Below are positions 57,925 to 61,915 of a DNA stretch of 61,915 nt, in pieces. The notes below the pieces were generated by a model. That model was given only the letters and a program-made list of their open reading frames with translations. It was not told where the DNA came from and made no database searches. Origin of the DNA: a virus (taxonomy: Duplodnaviria; Caudoviricetes); IMG/VR virus record IMGVR_UViG_3300030397_000458, positions 1 through 61,915 of that record; one strand, 5' to 3'. Each line of letters begins with the position of its first letter. The stretch's first letter is position 1. Position numbers and translations under genes: made by a program.

Positions 57925-58722
57925 TTAAGTAAGGCAGACAAGGCGAAAGCCCAGGATGAGGCACCTGTACGACGGGTTGAGGCTGATGCGGTACGCCGCT
58001 CGACAGAACAGGCCGCTGCTGAACCAGCTCCCGCCCCGGCTCACACGCTCGGTTCCGGTCGGCTCCACAGGATCTACCTGATTCTCGTTTGTATATTCTC
58101 TCTGCCCATCATGACACCATTCCCACACATTGCCCAACATGTCAAACAATCCCCATTCATTCGGTTTCTTCTGCTTGACTGGATGTGTCTCTCCGCCACT
58201 GTTCCCACCATGCCAGGCAATGGCATCCAAATTATCCGAATATCTCGCTCCTTCTGTCCCTGTTCGACACGCATACTCCCACTGGGCTTCTGTTGGCAAC
58301 TGAAGATCGAGTTCTGGTATTACCTGATTCACCTTGGTCAGAAATACCTGACAATCCTCCCAGCTCACACTCTCGACTGGCCGATCTTTTCCTTTGAAGT
58401 GGCTGGGATTCTCACCCATTACGGCTTCCCAAAGCTCCTGCGTACACTGACTGTCAAACATCCAGAAACCTTGAGTGATTTGCACCTGATGCCGTGGCCC
58501 TTCATCTGCGTCACGTCCTTCTTCATCCTCAGGTGAGCCCATCCAGAATGTGCCAGGCTGAATCCGACGCATTCGCTGCTTGACTCCATCTATCAAAAAG
58601 TCAGCCCAAACTCCGTACTGGTCAACACCAACCTTATCTGACCAGTACGGAGGATTGTCTTGTATCCAGTCTATGAAAACAGACTGGGACACAGGATCAT
58701 CTGCTGTTACTCGGAATTTCAT
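57925..58722 (-). CDS. FGE-sulfatase (CLec) protein
   Basis: PGTFWMGS, PVESVSW, LPTEAQWEYACR, GLFDMLGNVWEW, RGGSW, GFRL; start ATG 58722 with AAGGAG. Confidence 0.9.
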   Translation of the reverse strand: MKFRVTADDPVSQSVFIDWIQDNPPYWSDKVGVDQYGVWADFLIDGVKQRMRRIQPGTFWMGSPEDEEGRDADEGPRHQVQITQGFWMFDSQCTQELWEAVMGENPSHFKGKDRPVESVSWEDCQVFLTKVNQVIPELDLQLPTEAQWEYACRTGTEGARYSDNLDAIAWHGGNSGGETHPVKQKKPNEWGLFDMLGNVWEWCHDGQREYTNENQVDPVEPTGTERVSRGGSWFSSGLFCRAAYRISLNPSYRCLILGFRLVCLT

Positions 58723-58726
58723 CTTT

Positions 58727-59101
58727 TTACTCCTTATCGAATGTGAACTCTCTATGATCCACCCAGAAAAAATATCGGTAGTCATCCTCCTGCCAGCCAC
58801 AAGTCTTAGCGGGATTCCCCGCATGGGCAGAGGGGAGACGACGGAAGACCAAGCACGTCTTCTCTCTATCTTGATAAATCTCACAGCAGAAGGGCCACGA
58901 GCTCTTCTCCGTGTCCTGACACTCAATCAAGACATCGAACGTATCAGCATCAACGTCTCTCACATGAAATACAGTGCAGAGAGTCTGAGCGCTAAGTTGA
59001 ACCTGGGCACTGGTGACGCGCAAGTAAGGGAGCATCTGCTCCATTAGCTCGACAGAGACACGATGACGATAGACTGGCTTTTCTCTTACAAGACTTCTCA
59101 T
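58727..59101 (-). CDS. Hypothetical protein
   Basis: Coupled to neighbouring ORFs. Confidence 0.55.
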   Translation of the reverse strand: MRSLVREKPVYRHRVSVELMEQMLPYLRVTSAQVQLSAQTLCTVFHVRDVDADTFDVLIECQDTEKSSWPFCCEIYQDREKTCLVFRRLPSAHAGNPAKTCGWQEDDYRYFFWVDHREFTFDKE

Positions 59102-59343
59102 TATTTATTCTTCCTATTCTTCAATTTGAATCCAAATTTGATCAATGCGACTGGTGCCGCGACAACGAGACAGGACACTGAAAGGCAAGGGCCAGGTGTG
59201 AACCAGTCGATAATCGAGCAGGCAGTAAACGCTGCCTTCTCGGCTCGTTCACCGAATGCAACTCCGACAACCTTTGATGAGATCAGAGGAACAGTGTTGA
59301 TGATTTTGTAAGCTTGCTTGGCTCGACTGGTGAATTTCGACAT
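59101..59343 (-). CDS. Small membrane protein
   Basis: Hydrophobic C-terminal half; directly behind a promoter. Confidence 0.55.
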   Translation of the reverse strand: MSKFTSRAKQAYKIINTVPLISSKVVGVAFGERAEKAAFTACSIIDWFTPGPCLSVSCLVVAAPVALIKFGFKLKNRKNK

Positions 59344-59393
59344 TGCCTGGCTTCCTTGTGAGTAAGGAAAAAACGTTGATCTCTCTGATGGTT

Positions 59394-59422
59394 ATACTAG
59401 CATCATCAGAGAGCAACGTCAA
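59394..59422 (-). promoter_or_regulatory. Sigma70-like early promoter within inverted repeat
   Basis: TTGACG-N17-TAGTAT; arms CTCTCTGATG/CATCAGAGAG. Confidence 0.75.
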
Positions 59423-59785
59423 GGGAAATTTTCAAAAAATCAATCAGCACCATCGGATAAAGGAGGAGATGGTGACGAGCTTACCTCGATCATCTCGCCT
59501 GGCTGTGTAACCATCGTCGATAGTGACAACAATTGGCTGAGGCTGGCACCCTGATCTCAAGATCTGCGCAACCTCTCTTGACACGATGACGACGTCTCCT
59601 GGATCAACCTCCTCTGGAATCCCCGTGACGTCCCGTTGAATCGGGACAACGGTCTCGAATCGTCCATGAACCGTGACAAGAGGTGGCCTGATCTGTACAA
59701 AGGTGTTGACGCTGGCAGTGCCAACAGACCTCCACTGGTACCTCGTCCGTCCGTCATCATAGTTGACATCCGATCCAGTGAGGTT

Positions 59786-60002
59786 CTAGACCTCAGGGAC
59801 AGGGACGATCTCCATAGACCAGCCATTGGAATGACTGTAGTCGTCAGAAGAGGCCATCTCTACAGCATCCTCCCTGGTGTCGAACTGGCGAGCATCCTCC
59901 CAATCTGGCGAAACGCTCCCGATGTCTGTCAGATAACCGCTCATGTCGCCGATCTCAGGATTAGGTTCCAGGTCGGTTAACTTTACTTGATACTTCATCA
60001 TA
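59786..60002 (-). CDS. Hypothetical protein
   Basis: MMKYQVK start behind GGAG RBS; start approximate. Confidence 0.5.
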
Positions 60003-60119
60003 TTCTCCAAAAAACGTGTGAATCTGAATCCAAATTTGAAACGTAGAACAGAAGAAAAAGTAGGGTAAGGTGTGCCTCTCGTGCACTGTTCCCTACTTTC
60101 TCTCTCTTTCAGGAAAAAA

Positions 60120-60413
60120 TCACTCGTTAACCGACACTTCAGGGATCTCCATGTCACGGGCAAAGTCGATGACTTTTCGCAACATCGTCCAGGCAGCGAG
60201 CTGCTCGGTCATCGTGTCGATAACTTCGTCAACGTAGAGCTCCTCTCCGCAATTCGAGCATTCGACCAGGCAGTCCGTAGCAGTCAAGTCATACATAAGG
60301 TGAGTAGTCTCGTCTCTACATGATGGGCACTGGATGCTAGTGTGATTCAGCATGGTGGTCTCCGTGTTGTGAGGAACAAAAAATCGAAACAAAAAAGACA
60401 AGGGCAAGGGCAA
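60120..60413 (-). CDS. Zn-ribbon protein
   Basis: CPSC...CSNC; true start probably internal (MLNH). Confidence 0.6.
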   Translation of the reverse strand: MPLPLSFLFRFFVPHNTETTMLNHTSIQCPSCRDETTHLMYDLTATDCLVECSNCGEELYVDEVIDTMTEQLAAWTMLRKVIDFARDMEIPEVSVNE

Positions 60414-60431
60414 GGACTCTTTCTTTCTTTC

Positions 60432-60734
60432 TTACTTTCTGGCCACCATCTCGTTGGCCAAGCCCATCAATCTCTTGCTCTGGATCAGTGTCCCTAAGGA
60501 CATCAAAAACAGTGCTGTGTTGATCTCTCGTTGTCTCGTCAGCTTCTCGGATCCACTGATCCTTGAGCTAATGGCAATCAAGACTGCAAACAAGATCGAC
60601 AAGGGCAGACAGACGAGTGCAGCGGTAATCTCAAGAATCCCTCTGACGATGTGATAGCCGATTGGCCGATCTGATGCTGTCAGTGCCTGTGCATCTGCGA
60701 TTGCGTTGGTGTGGATTCGATTGAACTGGCTCAT
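60432..60734 (-). CDS. Membrane protein
   Basis: TM helices; RBS GGAG; directly behind a promoter. Confidence 0.6.
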   Translation of the reverse strand: MSQFNRIHTNAIADAQALTASDRPIGYHIVRGILEITAALVCLPLSILFAVLIAISSRISGSEKLTRQREINTALFLMSLGTLIQSKRLMGLANEMVARK

Positions 60735-60776
60735 GTTTTTCTCCGTTTTGAGGAACGTTGTTTCTGATCTATAGTT

Positions 60777-60804
60777 ATACTAGCACAGATCAGAACAGAG
60801 TCAA
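60777..60804 (-). promoter_or_regulatory. Sigma70-like early promoter within inverted repeat
   Basis: TTGACT-N16-TAGTAT; arms TTCTGATCT/AGATCAGAA. Confidence 0.75.
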
Positions 60805-61130
60805 GAGAAATTTTCAAAAAAAGAAAAATTTTTTCTGGGCTAACTGTGGACCCCATCCTGGTCGGAAAAATGGAGTCTCAACATCTTCTCTCGAGCTACG
60901 CCTGGCTCGCAAGCAGGACGATCAGGATACACGGCCAGATGCTTGACCAGGTAGTACGTCGCGATAAGGCAAGTGACAAGAGTGATCATGTGCGACTCCT
61001 CAATTTTGAATCCAAAAACGAAACGTAGAATTGAGAGCAATTCCAGGTAAGGTACTGCTCTCAATTGAAAGTGAGCTGGCAGACTGATACCTCGCGTGCA
61101 TCGTCGTCTGCCAGCTCACTCAGAGAATCA

Positions 61131-61650
61131 TCACGCTGTATAGAGAGTCAACTCGTTGATCTCTGGCAATTCGTCGATCATCTCTTTCAGAGAAGTGAAA
61201 CAATAAACAAGTCCGTCAATCTCAAGACCGATCAGAGCTGACGAATCACCAGCGGCTGTACAGAGGTGACTCTCGCCATCGTAGTTGATCTCCAGCCTGC
61301 CGTATCTGTAGCAGTTTTTTGCCTGACCTGGAAACGACAGTCGAGCTTCACGGTCGGAAGTAACACAATGGTTACTCAGTCCGGGAATGTAACCCGCGAC
61401 TGTCTCCAAAAAAGCTCGTCTCTGATCGACTCGGCGATAATGCTCAAGAATAGCCTCTGTGTACATCAGCTCTCGAGCAAAATCCTCCTGATTACTCTTG
61501 TTGAGCTTGCTTCTTCCTAGAATTCCCTCCTCACGTAAGAGCTGACGGAGCTCTGTGAGAGGGCATCGGGTCAGATAATCAAGGCAGCCCTGTCGGGTAC
61601 TACATCTGTCCATGCCGGTCAGATGAGAGATAGTCATTCGTGTGGTCATG
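61131..61650 (-). CDS. Hypothetical protein
   Basis: Start MTTRM behind AGGAG RBS; start approximate. Confidence 0.55.
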
Positions 61651-61705
61651 TGTGTCTCCTGTGAGAAGGAAGAAAAAAGAAAAACTCGTTTCGTGTCTGT
61701 TAGTA

Positions 61706-61733
61706 ATACTAGCATAATCTCGATTCGTGTCAA
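61706..61733 (-). promoter_or_regulatory. Sigma70-like early promoter
   Basis: TTGACA-N16-TAGTAT. Confidence 0.75.
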
Positions 61734-61899
61734 GCGGAGAAAAACTTTTTTAGCGAAAAACCTGGATTCCAGGCAGCTCACATATGCGTTTAACCCTTGT
61801 TTTTGGCCTTAAAGTCGATGTCAAAGTTTTTTCGAGAATCTCTCTTGAAACCTGAAAATCAAGCTGAATTCGAGACTTGGCGCACTGCACTACTCTCCG

Positions 61900-61915
61900 G
61901 ATCGTGACTGGGAAA
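61900..61915 (-). other. Amplification primer/adapter (artefact)
   Basis: GATCGTGACTGGGAAA is the reverse complement of the primer at position 1. Confidence 0.92.

Larger units (their letters stand above)
819..60114 (+). repeat. Dispersed asymmetric motif B: (CTCT)CTTTCAGGA (about 25 copies)
   Basis: + strand near 820, 4845, 10035, 11631, 16119, 18866, 21755, 25038, 27191, 30805, 32145, 33642, 36190, 40897, 43521, 43726, 47511, 49084, 54070, 60107; - strand near 9330, 29534, 29778, 35725, 43295. Confidence 0.88.
329..61016. repeat. Dispersed quasi-palindromic motif A: TGAATCCAAA / TTTGGATTCA (34 copies found by eye)
   Basis: Copies near 330, 1951, 4289, 6287, 7638, 7667, 9197, 11351, 13053, 15467, 18003, 21788, 21832, 23624, 27222, 29403, 30471, 32314, 33526, 35030, 36224, 40417, 43235, 43410, 47299, 48879, 50002, 52113, 53708, 54620, 57245, 59128, 60026, 61008. 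Confidence 0.92.

Noticed and set aside
329-61016. CRISPR array from the recurring motifs
   Set aside because: Repeats are 10-16 bp and kilobases apart, with no regular spacer structure or cas operon
50200-61900. Integrase, repressor or DGR reverse transcriptase
   Set aside because: No recombinase or YxDD RT motifs recognised in any ORF; lifestyle cannot be fixed because the contig may be incomplete
1-61915. Apparent 16-bp inverted terminal repeat
   Set aside because: Identical to the random-amplification primer GTTTCCCAGTCACGATC; a library artefact, not a genome terminus

Overview
Near-complete or partial genome of a tailed dsDNA phage (siphovirus-like), probably infecting a planctomycete-type host (inferred). 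Both ends are copies of the random-amplification primer GTTTCCCAGTCACGATC, so the true termini, and possibly some genes, are missing. The + strand (1-50.2 kb) carries replication and nucleotide genes (RuvC-like resolvase, family-4 UDG, exonuclease, Sak4-like ATPase, PolA, MazG, primase-helicase) and two disrupted DNA methyltransferases. It then carries a PP-loop/PAPS-reductase-like gene with twin peptide genes and a structured tRNA-like ncRNA, TerS, a split TerL, a class II RNR with two LAGLIDADG inteins, head and tail genes interleaved with lipase, protease and secreted proteins, and a nine-gene glycosylation cluster. The - strand (50.2-61.8 kb) carries early genes behind repeated sigma70-like promoters, some inside inverted repeats, including two FGE/CLec proteins with DGR-style variable C-termini but no RT in the window. 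Most notable: two short motifs recur across the whole genome, even inside coding sequence (34 copies of TGAATCCAAA/TTTGGATTCA and about 25 of CTTTCAGGA, counted by eye). All product calls come from motif recognition, not database searches.
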